Of a DNA stretch of 64,000 nucleotides, positions 18,047 through 27,576 are shown one piece after another. Each line of letters opens with the position of its first letter. The stretch's first letter is position 1. Below the pieces are notes generated by a model. It searched no databases. It was not told the origin of the DNA and worked only from the letters and a program-made list of their open reading frames with translations. The translations under genes and the position numbers were made by a program. Source of the DNA: an uncultured archaeon (GTDB lineage Archaea > Altiarchaeota > Altiarchaeia > JAFGQM01); the NCBI GenBank assembly GCA_964619365.1, contig CAZUDQ010000004.1, positions 1-64,000 on the forward strand, read 5' to 3'.

Positions 18047-20008
18047 TTATTGTTCTGTAAAATCAGAACTCATCCTTAGCTCTTCTTCAGCCTTAAGATC
18101 GTCTATATCCTTTAAGATTTCAGGGTCTATTATATACTCCAATTCCTGCTGCTTCTTTTTCTCAAGGAGTTTTATCTCATGGATTTTATTCCTAAGTATG
18201 CGTTTTTCTCCACCTTTCTTTAGTGCGCGGCCCAAATGCTCAGAAGCTTCTCTACCGCCAAGTAATTTTAAGTGAATAACATAATCGGCCCCCTCCCTGT
18301 AGAAGTCTATTGCATTCTCAAGAGTTTTTGCCGTGACAAATATTATTGCCTTGGGGTTGACGTCACTAGTCCTGTTAATGATGAACTTTGAGTCGTCTTC
18401 ATCGGGTACCGTGGATATCACAATCTTTGCATCGTGAAGTTTTATCTTCTCAAGAATCTCAACATCTTCTATGTCCCCGTAAAGGCAGTGGACTCCGCGT
18501 TTCATAAGTTTCTTTATTACTTCTGGATTATGGTCTACAACGACAAAATGAGTATCAGTCTGCTGCAGTTTATTAACAATCTCCATCCCCATTATATGCG
18601 CCCCGAAAAGAACGACGTGATTTTTCATCTCACGATCCGGGAAATGCTCAAGCCTGTGTTTTTCTCCGTGTTTTTGCATGCGTTCAAAGCGTGAGAGTAT
18701 ACCTGAAAATGGCATATACATGGCGTTGCCGTATTTTATTAGGTATGGAGTAAGCGAAATTGTCACAATCGCCATAATCAAAGTCATTGGAAGAACATAG
18801 GCTTCGTCCCCCCCCGCAAGACTTCCACCAGCAATAGCCATAGGTATTCCCAGTACAAGGATAAGGGAGAATTCGCTTACTTGACCTAATGCAACACCTG
18901 AGAGAAAAGACGTTCGTTTCTCATAGCCGCTCAAAAGCGAAAGTATTGTTATTACAGCAGGCTTTATTACCAGCAAAAGTCCACAGAAGACAAGTGCGGG
19001 AATAAGGATTGCCCCATAATCTATGTTAAGGGTAAACTGCATTCCAAGAGACACAAAGAACATTATTGCAAAAAAGTCGCGCAACGGTTTTATTTTTGAG
19101 GCGACCTCAATGTTATATGGGAAAACCGCAAGCGAGAGCCCACCTATAAAGCCACCTATCGCCATAGAAAATCCTAAGGAGTAAGCCATAAGTGCAAAGA
19201 TAAATGCCATCGATAAAGCAAATAAAAAGACAAGTTCGCTAGACTTTGATATGGGTTTAAGGATTTTTGGCGATACATACCTGCTTAAAACAATGGCAAT
19301 AGCGAAAAGTCCAAGAACCGTGATAATCGCATTTGCAATTGGTTCGATTGAAATTGCACCCATCTCTTCAGCCGAGGACAGTACTGACATCACAATTACA
19401 ACGAGAATATCCTGCATAAGAAGGATACCTAAGATTATTCTACCGTGAAGTGTTTCAATTTCATCACGATCAGAAAGTATCTTGATTACAACCATAGTGC
19501 TTGAGAATGCAAGGATTAAACCAAGATACATTGCAGACATGGCAGAAAAGCCCAGTACAGCCGCGGCAAAATAGCCTATAACAAAGGTTATCGCAACTTG
19601 TCCTGTGCCTATTATAACTGCTGCCTTGCCAACATCTTTTAAGCGCGATAAGTCTAGTTCGATTCCTACTGTAAAAAGAAGGAAGGTTATGCCAAGTTCA
19701 GAAAGAGCTGTAACAAAAACCTGGTCTGCGATTATATTATGTTGGAATATGAGTGTGCTCCCTATCGGCCCTATTAGTATACCTGCGATAATATAAGCAG
19801 GTATGAGAGGTTGTTTTAGTCCCGTTGCAACAAACGCGAGAATTGTTGCCATGACAACAACGGCCCCCAGTTCGGCAATTATCAAGATTTCGCCATGGAC
19901 GTCTTCACCCAAAAGCTCCTCTAGGCCATTTTGTTCACCATCCGAAAGGCCAAAAGCCATGGGGATTAGTATGAAAAGTGCAATAATCGCAAAAAATATC
20001 TTTTTCAT
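18047..20008 (-). CDS. CPA2 cation:proton antiporter with C-terminal TrkA-N/KTN domain (KefB/KefC-like)
   Basis: ELGITFLLFTVGIE, SSTMVV.K.L, GILLMQD, LRDFF..MFFVSLG, LGQVSEFS, YGD. Confidence 0.92.
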   Translation of the reverse strand: MKKIFFAIIALFILIPMAFGLSDGEQNGLEELLGEDVHGEILIIAELGAVVVMATILAFVATGLKQPLIPAYIIAGILIGPIGSTLIFQHNIIADQVFVTALSELGITFLLFTVGIELDLSRLKDVGKAAVIIGTGQVAITFVIGYFAAAVLGFSAMSAMYLGLILAFSSTMVVIKILSDRDEIETLHGRIILGILLMQDILVVIVMSVLSSAEEMGAISIEPIANAIITVLGLFAIAIVLSRYVSPKILKPISKSSELVFLFALSMAFIFALMAYSLGFSMAIGGFIGGLSLAVFPYNIEVASKIKPLRDFFAIMFFVSLGMQFTLNIDYGAILIPALVFCGLLLVIKPAVITILSLLSGYEKRTSFLSGVALGQVSEFSLILVLGIPMAIAGGSLAGGDEAYVLPMTLIMAIVTISLTPYLIKYGNAMYMPFSGILSRFERMQKHGEKHRLEHFPDREMKNHVVLFGAHIMGMEIVNKLQQTDTHFVVVDHNPEVIKKLMKRGVHCLYGDIEDVEILEKIKLHDAKIVISTVPDEDDSKFIINRTSDVNPKAIIFVTAKTLENAIDFYREGADYVIHLKLLGGREASEHLGRALKKGGEKRILRNKIHEIKLLEKKKQQELEYIIDPEILKDIDDLKAEEELRMSSDFTEQ

Positions 20009-20059
20009 TCTTTTGGGCGCTTAATCACTCAGATATTAACGAGACAAGAAATTAAAGCA

Positions 20060-20746
20060 TTAGCCCTCAACCGTTCCGATTCTAGGTATTTTTCCAACTT
20101 TTCCAACATTCCTGCCTTTTACTATGAAAACACCGTCGATTTCTTTGCCCACGTATTCTTTAGCAAATAAGATGCCGTCCTCTATTTCTCCCACTTTATT
20201 TGCAATAGCTGTTGCAAAGGCATCGGCAATTGCCGCGTTTTTGGCAAAGACAATTGTTGCGTCACAATTTCCAAAACTTATTGAATGTCCGACTTTCCCT
20301 GACGATGTGCATATGGCATAACCGCTTTCTTTTGGGTTTATCTCAAATACGAGCCTCTCAGATACTGGATTATTGCCAGCGTGTACAGATACTTTAAAAA
20401 TTCTGTCCCCATAACAAAATATATCCCCACCGTTTTCAACTATTGCCCAGGAGCACCCAGATTCTTTTAGCTTTTTGCAAATAAGTTCAGATACAGTCCC
20501 TGCAACAGCAGCCATCGGCCCAACATCCGCTTTTTTACTTGCATCCAGCATTTCACGGATGATTTCAGGGAGATTTTCTTCACTTAAACTTATCGGCTCA
20601 TGTGATGTTTGGAAATAGGGATCTTTTTTGATGACCCCCTCAAGAGTATGCCTTAGGTTTGCGATTTCCTCTCGTATGAGCTCTCCTGCGTCTGTTTGTG
20701 CTTCAACAGAGATAATAGAGTCCTTGTATCTGAATGTTTCGAGCAT
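20060..20746 (-). CDS. UPF0280/ApbE-like sulfur-assimilation protein (COG2122, MA1715-like)
   Basis: VGPMAAVAG, VENGGDI, ICTSSG.VGHSISFG..DA, ADAFATAIAN. Confidence 0.9.
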   Translation of the reverse strand: MLETFRYKDSIISVEAQTDAGELIREEIANLRHTLEGVIKKDPYFQTSHEPISLSEENLPEIIREMLDASKKADVGPMAAVAGTVSELICKKLKESGCSWAIVENGGDIFCYGDRIFKVSVHAGNNPVSERLVFEINPKESGYAICTSSGKVGHSISFGNCDATIVFAKNAAIADAFATAIANKVGEIEDGILFAKEYVGKEIDGVFIVKGRNVGKVGKIPRIGTVEG

Positions 20747-21132
20747 TAGAATTCAGGTTTTTTAAGGGCGCCTCTGGGACAAGCATCAATACAGTTGCCA
20801 CAAAGCGCGCACTTATCTTCATCATATTCAAGCTTACCTTCCTTGTTTATGCTAAATGCCCCAACTGGACAAATGGCGACGCACGCTCCACAATTGATAC
20901 ACTTTTCTTTATCATAAAGCACAGCGTCTTTTTGTTCGCTTGTCGGAACTCCCCTTTCCTTTAAGAATGAAAGAATAGTTTTTTCTTTTTCTTTTGGGAA
21001 CCTTATCAGAATATTCCCATTGGCATCAGCCCTGAGCATGTTTATGGGGACGCCTGTCTTAAGGATACATTCGGCAAGAACCGGCTCGTTTACTTGTTTT
21101 TCCGTTAATTTTATCAGGTATTTTTTAGTCAT
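20746..21132 (-). CDS. NIL-domain 2x[4Fe-4S] ferredoxin (MA1822/MJ0099-like)
   Basis: N-terminal EPVL...INML.A; CINCGACVAICP and CALCGNCIDACP. Confidence 0.9.
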   Translation of the reverse strand: MTKKYLIKLTEKQVNEPVLAECILKTGVPINMLRADANGNILIRFPKEKEKTILSFLKERGVPTSEQKDAVLYDKEKCINCGACVAICPVGAFSINKEGKLEYDEDKCALCGNCIDACPRGALKKPEF

Positions 21133-21142
21133 ACTTTCCCCC

Positions 21143-22663
21143 CTATTTCCTTAATGCGGATGCTAAGTCCCCGTTTGTAATAATACCTAAGATCTCACCC
21201 TTTGCCCCTATCACAGGAAGTGCTGAGATATTGTTTCGCCTCATTTTTTCTGCGGCAATAATGGTTGTTTCCTTAGGACTTGTTGTGATGACCTTTCTTG
21301 TTGCAACTTCCTCTAGCTTTTCTTTTCCTTCAGCAAGAGCGCGCGCGAGATCCCAAGACGTGACAATACCCCAAAGCTTGTCCCCCCTTTCGATAAGTAT
21401 GTGGTTTATCCCTTTCCCTATCATAAGTTTCGAGACCTCCGTTATAGTCCCGGTTTCCTTAATGGTAATTGCCCGTTTCATTATGGAGGATACTTCCGGT
21501 CCGTTTTGTCTCATTGGACGCACAATGGATTTTTTCGGAAAGTATGAAATGGGTTCGGCAATACTAAAAGCATCTTTTTCCACCCAGGTTTTAAGCTCGT
21601 CTGCAATTTCCCTTGCGAGGTCTAAAGAAGCTAGAGATGAAGTCCTTACCTCCTTATTTCCGAGTTCAATTTTCCCCGAGCGAAGCTCTTTATAGTTAAC
21701 TTCCTTTAGTATGGGTTTTCCCGGTGCCGAATAGTCAAGTACATTTGTAAAAATCTCTTCGTCCTTTATCGCGCAGCGTTTTGCGATATCCTCATTGAGT
21801 ATTGGTATTGGTATTCCCAGTCCAACATAAAGACTTACGCCGTATCCAGTAAAGCTTCCACCACGAATGTATTTCGGACTGCATCCTTTGAGGTCGCCTT
21901 TTACTGCAATAGTTCCGGCAGGTCCCACAGGAACGCCGTTTTTGCGCGGAACCTCGGTGTTAAATTGGGTACCTTCTCCAATCACAAAGCCTTCACCACC
22001 ACCTAAGAATATCCGAGTGCCAAACCCTATTGTCTCAAAGTAAGGGTCGTTTATCAAAGGCGAAAGTTGAGATGATGTAGTATAAGTGACATTACCATTA
22101 TCTGGAAGAAGTTTCCCCATGTATGTGTATATGGGCGTTTCAGAGGAGTTTGTCGCGGCCGCATAGTTCTGGTATGCATTTCTTGGATTAAGGAGCCAGG
22201 CCTGGTTGAGGTCGTTTAGAGTAAAATCAGTCTTTACTTTCTTTCTGGGATAGCAGTCTGTTCCATTAGATGTTGCCCTAAGCTCGATTTCCTCGCCCTT
22301 AAGCAAGTCTTCGATGACATGGCCGCCTCCGTATGATATTCCTTCAGTCTCTGAGAGCTGAGTTGCGCCTAAGTATGCATCAACGGCTGCAATCCCGGTA
22401 TATGCCTCAACATCGTTAAGCCATACCTTCTGCATCTTGATAGGGGGGTCTGAATGTCCGAAATTAAGAAGGGCACCAGATGAGCACATGGCCCCAAAAG
22501 TACCTGTTGTTACTACATCAACCTCCTTTGCAGCAACACTCACGCCGTTTTCCTCGACAAAAGAGATCATTTCTTCAGCAGTCAGGACTAGCGCGTCCCC
22601 GCTTTTAATCTTCTCATTAATCTCTGCATAGCTTTTAGTATGCGCTTTGTTGCTCTTTGTCAT
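21143..22663 (-). CDS. L-aspartate semialdehyde sulfurtransferase / homocysteine biosynthesis protein (DUF39 + CBS; MA1821/MJ0100-like)
   Basis: EINEKI..G.A.V.TAEE, VDVVTTGTFGAMCSSGA, YGGGHVIEDL, NPRNAYQNY, C-terminal CBS pair. Confidence 0.93.
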   Translation of the reverse strand: MTKSNKAHTKSYAEINEKIKSGDALVLTAEEMISFVEENGVSVAAKEVDVVTTGTFGAMCSSGALLNFGHSDPPIKMQKVWLNDVEAYTGIAAVDAYLGATQLSETEGISYGGGHVIEDLLKGEEIELRATSNGTDCYPRKKVKTDFTLNDLNQAWLLNPRNAYQNYAAATNSSETPIYTYMGKLLPDNGNVTYTTSSQLSPLINDPYFETIGFGTRIFLGGGEGFVIGEGTQFNTEVPRKNGVPVGPAGTIAVKGDLKGCSPKYIRGGSFTGYGVSLYVGLGIPIPILNEDIAKRCAIKDEEIFTNVLDYSAPGKPILKEVNYKELRSGKIELGNKEVRTSSLASLDLAREIADELKTWVEKDAFSIAEPISYFPKKSIVRPMRQNGPEVSSIMKRAITIKETGTITEVSKLMIGKGINHILIERGDKLWGIVTSWDLARALAEGKEKLEEVATRKVITTSPKETTIIAAEKMRRNNISALPVIGAKGEILGIITNGDLASALRK

Positions 22664-22783
22664 TTCGAAACCTTATTGATAGTGGATATAAAAAAGATTC
22701 TAAGTAAGGATATTACTATAAGTAATATAAAAAGTAGGTATCCAAATGCTTTTTAGGCCTATTTCTCAAATTAGGCACTTAGA

Positions 22784-23530
22784 ATGCAACTAATCGACAC
22801 CCACGCACATCTGGATATGGCGGCTTTTGATGGAATCCGCAAAGACGTACTCAAACGAGCAGAAGACGCAGGGGTAAGCGTTGTTAATTGCTCACTTAGG
22901 GCGAGTGAGTGGGAAAAAGTCCATCCCTTGGCAAAGGATTTTGATAATCTGCACTTCACAATAGGTTCTTGTCCATATCGCCCTGAGTTTTATAACGAGC
23001 AAAAAAAACTCATGGAAAAGCACGCAAAGGATATTGTCGGGATAGGTGAAATAGGGCTTGATTACTATTGGGAAAAAACGACAGAGGGCCGAAATTCCCA
23101 GGAAAAAGATTTTAGGGGACTTTTAGAATTGGCCAGCGAACTAAAAAAGCCGGTTCTCATACATTCAAGGAACGCTGAAAAACAGAGCCTTGCGATTCTT
23201 GAGGAAATGGGTGTAAAAAAAGCGATTATGCATTGTTACTCAGGGGACATAATGTATGCAAAAAAGGCAATAGAACTGGGTTATTTGATATCAATTCCAA
23301 CCAATATCGTAAGTTCAAAGCAAAAGCAAGGATTTGCAAAGGACTTGCCCTTAGAGTCAATTGTTCTGGAAACAGATGCACCTTATTTGTCCCCCGACCC
23401 GAAAAACACAATAAACGAGCCAAAAAATGTACTAGGGTCTGCTAAGGAAATAGCTAAAATCAGGGGTATTGATGTTGAAGAAGTGGCAAGGCAGACAACA
23501 AAGAACGCAAAAGCTTTCTTTGGAATCTAA
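22784..23530 (+). CDS. tatD: TatD family hydrolase
   Basis: IDTHAHLD, GEIGLDY, IHSR.A, HCYSG, LETDAPYL. Confidence 0.93.
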   Translation: MQLIDTHAHLDMAAFDGIRKDVLKRAEDAGVSVVNCSLRASEWEKVHPLAKDFDNLHFTIGSCPYRPEFYNEQKKLMEKHAKDIVGIGEIGLDYYWEKTTEGRNSQEKDFRGLLELASELKKPVLIHSRNAEKQSLAILEEMGVKKAIMHCYSGDIMYAKKAIELGYLISIPTNIVSSKQKQGFAKDLPLESIVLETDAPYLSPDPKNTINEPKNVLGSAKEIAKIRGIDVEEVARQTTKNAKAFFGI

Positions 23531-23824
23531 AAGTCTGAGGACATAAGGCCCCCACCCAAGTCGTATACTTCCTTAAAACCGAGATTGTCCATAAACTCTA
23601 AAGTTCTTGCGCTTCTTGCCCCCCTTAGGCAGTAGACAAGATATTGGATATCCCGATTCAACTTATTTGATTCTTCCTTAAACAAGGGAGAATAGAAATC
23701 AAGAAGAATCGCCCCGGTGATATGATTTAGCCAAATTCCCACGGGGTTCGCAGATCAAGAATTACAAGGCCTTTTTAGTAGAAATTAGTTCTTTTGCTTC
23801 AGAAGAGTTTAAGACATTAAACAT
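23527..23824 (-). pseudogene. Rhodanese-like protein with two 1-nt frameshifts
   Basis: MFNVLNSSEAKELISTK / KGLVILDLRTPWEFG / LNHITGAILLDF...LVYCLRGARS...VYDLGGG in three frames; ATG overlaps the ndk stop (TAATG); 298 nt = 300-2. Confidence 0.8.
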
Positions 23825-24279
23825 TATTCTTCATAGACCCATATGCCTGTGGGTTTATTATAGATGAGTACCTCTTCATCAGAAAAAAAGATTGAAATCT
23901 CGCGCGCGGCAGACTCCTTGGAATCCGAAGCATGCACGAGGTTCTTTCTGATAAAAAGAGCAAAATCCCCCCTGATAGAACCTTTTTCGGCTGAAATCGG
24001 ATCTGTTGCGCCAACCATCATTCGTACTCCTTCAATTGCACGGTAACCATCGATTACCATGACAACAACAGGACCAGAAGTGACATATTTTAGGAGGGCA
24101 TCATAGAATTCTTTGTCCTTATGGATGCCATAAAGCTTGGATGCTGTTTCAAGGTCTAGCTGGATGAGTTTCATCGCAGCAATATTAAGTCCTTTTTTCT
24201 CAAAGCGCCCGATAATATCCCCCACAAGATCGCGGGCAACAGAATCCGGCTTCAACATTACAAAAGCCTTTTGAATCAT
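23824..24279 (-). CDS. ndk: Nucleoside diphosphate kinase
   Basis: MLKPD.V.R, SGPVV, GSIRGDF, NLVHASDS. Confidence 0.96.
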   Translation of the reverse strand: MIQKAFVMLKPDSVARDLVGDIIGRFEKKGLNIAAMKLIQLDLETASKLYGIHKDKEFYDALLKYVTSGPVVVMVIDGYRAIEGVRMMVGATDPISAEKGSIRGDFALFIRKNLVHASDSKESAAREISIFFSDEEVLIYNKPTGIWVYEE

Positions 24280-24300
24280 AAGAAAATTGAATTCTAGTTC

Positions 24301-24558
24301 TTATTCTTCCTTCTTTTTGACGACTTCCTTCTTTGAGGCCGTTGCCTCAGTGTCCTTTAAGTGCTGAATACGGATGTTTTTCTCCTTTCTGTATTCAGTC
24401 GTCCACTTGACTTTTCGCGCGCGCCTCTTTAGACCAGCGTTCTTTTCGCATTTTGAAGAGCAATAAAGGGAAATAGCCCCTGAAGCTTCGACAACCATCT
24501 TGCCGGTTCCTGGGTCAATTTCCTTGCCGCAAAAAGTACAGATCTTTCTTGTTATCAT
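24301..24558 (-). CDS. rpl24e: 50S ribosomal protein L24e
   Basis: CTFCG.EI.PGTG, CSSKCEKN, RKVKWT. Confidence 0.95.
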   Translation of the reverse strand: MITRKICTFCGKEIDPGTGKMVVEASGAISLYCSSKCEKNAGLKRRARKVKWTTEYRKEKNIRIQHLKDTEATASKKEVVKKKEE

Positions 24559-24560
24559 TC

Positions 24561-24932
24561 TTAGATAGCTCTTGCATCACGCTCAGTTTCTTTGAGCATA
24601 AGTATATCGTTCTCTTTTACAGGACCACGAACATTGCGTCTAAGGAGGTTACCTTTATCGCGTCCCTCAACTATCCTTGCAAGGACCTGGTAACATTCAC
24701 CATAAAGTCCAGCTTTTTTAAAGACTTTGACAATCTGTGCGGGTGTTGCTCCTGCAACACTTGCATTACTCGTAGATTTTTTGACTTCCTCAGTGGCCTT
24801 TGCAGATTCTTTTACCTCAGGTTTAATTTCTTTTACCTTGGGTGTAGCTTCCTTTACTTTGGGTGCCACATCCTTTACTTTTGGTGCGACATCTTTTTTG
24901 GAAGTTTCTTCCACAATTTTCTCTTCTGTCAT
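24561..24932 (-). CDS. rps28e: 30S ribosomal protein S28e with repetitive N-terminal extension
   Basis: G.YGE..QV..RI.EGRDKG..L.RNVRGPV...DIL.L.ETERDAR. Confidence 0.94.
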   Translation of the reverse strand: MTEEKIVEETSKKDVAPKVKDVAPKVKEATPKVKEIKPEVKESAKATEEVKKSTSNASVAGATPAQIVKVFKKAGLYGECYQVLARIVEGRDKGNLLRRNVRGPVKENDILMLKETERDARAI

Positions 24933-24987
24933 TTTTACTAAATTTAACTATTTTACTAAGCTCTTTTTCCAAAAAGGTAAAACCTTT

Positions 24988-25353
24988 CTAAGCTTGGAGC
25001 TTTGCCACTTCTGCTACTATTGTCTCAATGTTCTTTTTCGCTTTGCCTTCATCAAGAACTGCAAGGGATGTCGTTCCAACCTTTAGTCCGGCAGACTTCC
25101 CAAGTTCGTCTTTTGTCTTGCAATATGCAAATGGAATCTTTTTCTCTGCGCAAAGTATCGGGATGTGAATCATGAGTTCCTGTGGGTCAACGTCTTCTGC
25201 CATTATGACAAATTTTGCGCGTCCGCGCTCAATTGCCTTTGTAACTTCGTTGACACCAACCTTTACTTTTCCTGATGCTTTTGCAATCTCTACTGCCTCA
25301 AGGGCATTGTCCACTAGTTCTTGTGGAGTTTCGAATTTGACGTATGTTGCCAT
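24988..25353 (-). CDS. rpl7ae: 50S ribosomal protein L7Ae
   Basis: YVKFETP, GVNEVTKAIERG.AK.V..AEDV.P, LC.EK.IP; start ATG 25353. Confidence 0.96.
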   Translation of the reverse strand: MATYVKFETPQELVDNALEAVEIAKASGKVKVGVNEVTKAIERGRAKFVIMAEDVDPQELMIHIPILCAEKKIPFAYCKTKDELGKSAGLKVGTTSLAVLDEGKAKKNIETIVAEVAKLQA

Positions 25354-25363
25354 TTTATTCCTC

Positions 25364-25435
25364 ATTTGTTCATTTCAGGCAGTTAAGCCTGATTCCAAAT
25401 TCATAGGCCGCATCAGACACTTGATATGTCAGCGG
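25364..25435 (-). promoter_or_regulatory. Kink-turn-containing 5' leader of rpl7ae (putative autoregulatory element)
   Basis: Minus strand CCGC-UGA-CAU(AUCAA)GUG-UCU-GAU-GCGG is a canonical k-turn; a second k-turn-like hairpin lies at 25364-25400; TTTTATA box near 25474-25480. Confidence 0.7.
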
Positions 25436-25623
25436 AGTGCTTTAAGAATTTGTGCGAGTTTAGAAGCTGATGGTATAAAAGGCTTTAAGTTCCCACGGAG
25501 CTTATTTATTTTGGTTATTTATTCCTAAAAGAAAACACTATTTTGATATCTCGCGCGTCTCTTGACTGATTTATCGTCTTTTTATTGGAGCTTACATTAT
25601 ATTAAACACCTAACGGAGTAAAA

Positions 25624-25809
25624 ATGAGTCATACACTTGTATTCGTAGCACAGCTCCTCATGGGTATCGTAAGCATACTACTTGGTGTCCTTGTACTTGT
25701 AATACCAGGAATGCTACAAGTACTTGTTGCAGCATACTTCTTTGCAATAGGACTACTTGCAATAGTAATGTCTTTTGGTACCCTCGCTGTAAAAAAGGCT
25801 GCTGCATAA
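25624..25809 (+). CDS. Small membrane protein, DUF3096-like
   Basis: 61 aa, two hydrophobic helices, pattern I.SIL.G.L.LV.P..L...VA.Y....GLL. Confidence 0.7.
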   Translation: MSHTLVFVAQLLMGIVSILLGVLVLVIPGMLQVLVAAYFFAIGLLAIVMSFGTLAVKKAAA

Positions 25810-25901
25810 GTCCAAAATATCTGGATGTAAAAGCCTTACCCTTTCTTTTTTTATTTTAATATTCTCAGGAGTCCTTATGATAATTCCTGCGATATAACAA
25901 G

Positions 25902-27575
25902 CTATTCGTGGGCAAAATAGCAGACGACATTGCCGTCTTCAGCGCTTTTTACACGGCAAAAGCCAAAGCGCACAAACTGTATCATATCGCCATGTTCTAA
26001 GTGTCGACAGTCTTTTTCACAGAAGCCTGCGACTTTTCCGTCAGGCCCAAGCACCTCACATCCAAGCGAGTCCTCGGGAAGCCACTGGAGTATCGGGACT
26101 TTTGTGTTTTTCTCTTCAAGGTAGCGTGCCATAAGCGGACGCACTTCATCTATTTGAATGTTACAGAAGTTCTTTAGACGCAAGACATCCCCCTTTTTAA
26201 GGTTTTTGGTATCGTCTTTTGCCACTAGTAACCTGGTCATGCCTTCAGAATCACGTTTGATTTCAATATCACGGAAGCCCCGCTGCGGGTAGTTTGGATG
26301 AAGCGGTATTTTTATGACATCAGCATCCGAGGGCACACCCTTTATCCAAACCTCAACAGGCTTAGGCACAAAGAAATAGCGGTTTGCCCTATCCTCGATT
26401 AATTTTCTGTTTTCAGCATAGAGATTCTGCCACTCAAATTTTGAGTCGGTGTCCCCAATACCGATTGCCTTCATGACACTCCGTATTGCTTCAGGTTCAA
26501 TTCCCCTTCTTTTAAGCGCTCTAAGCGTTCCGAGATGAGGGTCCGCCCAGCTGGAGTATTCACCGCTGTCAATACCCTTTTTCATGGCAGAAGTCGAAAG
26601 ATTGACTCCTTCAATTGAAAGAAGTCCATTGTGTATGAATTCAGGAGGCTTCCAAGCAAAATAATCATAGATGTAAAGTTGTCTTTGGGTGTTTATTATG
26701 TGGTCCTTTCCACGCAGGACATGAGTCAGCCCTGAGAGATAATCATCAATTGCAACAGAAAAACTCATTAAAGGGTAAACGTCCCAGTCGCTTCCTGTTA
26801 ATGGGTGCCTGTCTGTTGAGACCCTCATTATTGGAAAATCACGCATAGCCGGGTTCTTGTGCGCCATATCAGTTTTAAGATTAAGGACAAGGTTTGTGTC
26901 TCCCTCAATCATTTTATTCCAGCGCGAAATGTTCTCTTCAATACTATTGCCCCTACACGGACAGTTCTTTTTTGCGTCCTTAAAAGCTCTGAACTTTTCT
27001 TGCCCGCAGGAACAGGAATAAGCATGACCTTCCTTTATCAATCTAAGGGCGAAGTCGCGGTAGACAGCAAGCCTCCTGCTTTGAGTGATGATTTCATCAA
27101 TCTCAACGCCAAGCCATTTTAAATCCTCCTCAATCATACGATATGCGTCCTTTTCAACGCGCTTTGGGTCGGTATCCTCAATTCTTAAAATAAGCTTTCC
27201 ACCATACTTTTTCTTGTATTCATCATTAAGGACTGCGGTTCTTGCGTGGCCTATGTGAAGCGGTCCTGATGGATTTGGGGCAAAGCGCAAGACTACTTCA
27301 CCGTTTACATTAGGGAGCTCCGTAATCCTACCTCTTTTCTTTTCTTTTTCTTCCGGCGTTCCGTAATGAGCGAGTTCTTTTTCGACTTCCTCTTTTGATA
27401 ATGAATTTACTTCGGCAATCACGTCCTTAACAGCCTTTATAGCCTTACTTGTATCCTTCCTATACTCTGGAAACTCCCCCAAAAGTTTTCCAAGGACGTT
27501 TTTTTCTTGCGCCGAGCCGTAGCTTGCCGCATTCTCGACTGCGTATTTTTTTGCTATCTTGTAGAGGTCGTCCAT
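25902..27575 (-). CDS. gltX: Glutamate--tRNA ligase (archaeal)
   Basis: RFAPNPSGPLHIGH, RIEDTDP, THVLRGKDH, LSTS, QFVRFGF. Confidence 0.97.
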   Translation of the reverse strand: MDDLYKIAKKYAVENAASYGSAQEKNVLGKLLGEFPEYRKDTSKAIKAVKDVIAEVNSLSKEEVEKELAHYGTPEEKEKKRGRITELPNVNGEVVLRFAPNPSGPLHIGHARTAVLNDEYKKKYGGKLILRIEDTDPKRVEKDAYRMIEEDLKWLGVEIDEIITQSRRLAVYRDFALRLIKEGHAYSCSCGQEKFRAFKDAKKNCPCRGNSIEENISRWNKMIEGDTNLVLNLKTDMAHKNPAMRDFPIMRVSTDRHPLTGSDWDVYPLMSFSVAIDDYLSGLTHVLRGKDHIINTQRQLYIYDYFAWKPPEFIHNGLLSIEGVNLSTSAMKKGIDSGEYSSWADPHLGTLRALKRRGIEPEAIRSVMKAIGIGDTDSKFEWQNLYAENRKLIEDRANRYFFVPKPVEVWIKGVPSDADVIKIPLHPNYPQRGFRDIEIKRDSEGMTRLLVAKDDTKNLKKGDVLRLKNFCNIQIDEVRPLMARYLEEKNTKVPILQWLPEDSLGCEVLGPDGKVAGFCEKDCRHLEHGDMIQFVRFGFCRVKSAEDGNVVCYFAHE

Positions 27576-27576
27576 T

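Noticed and set aside
14103-20008. Integrated element at tRNA-Ser or tRNA-Leu
   Set aside because: No integrase and no duplicated tRNA 3' end was seen for these tRNAs, and the housekeeping gene eS26 lies between them.
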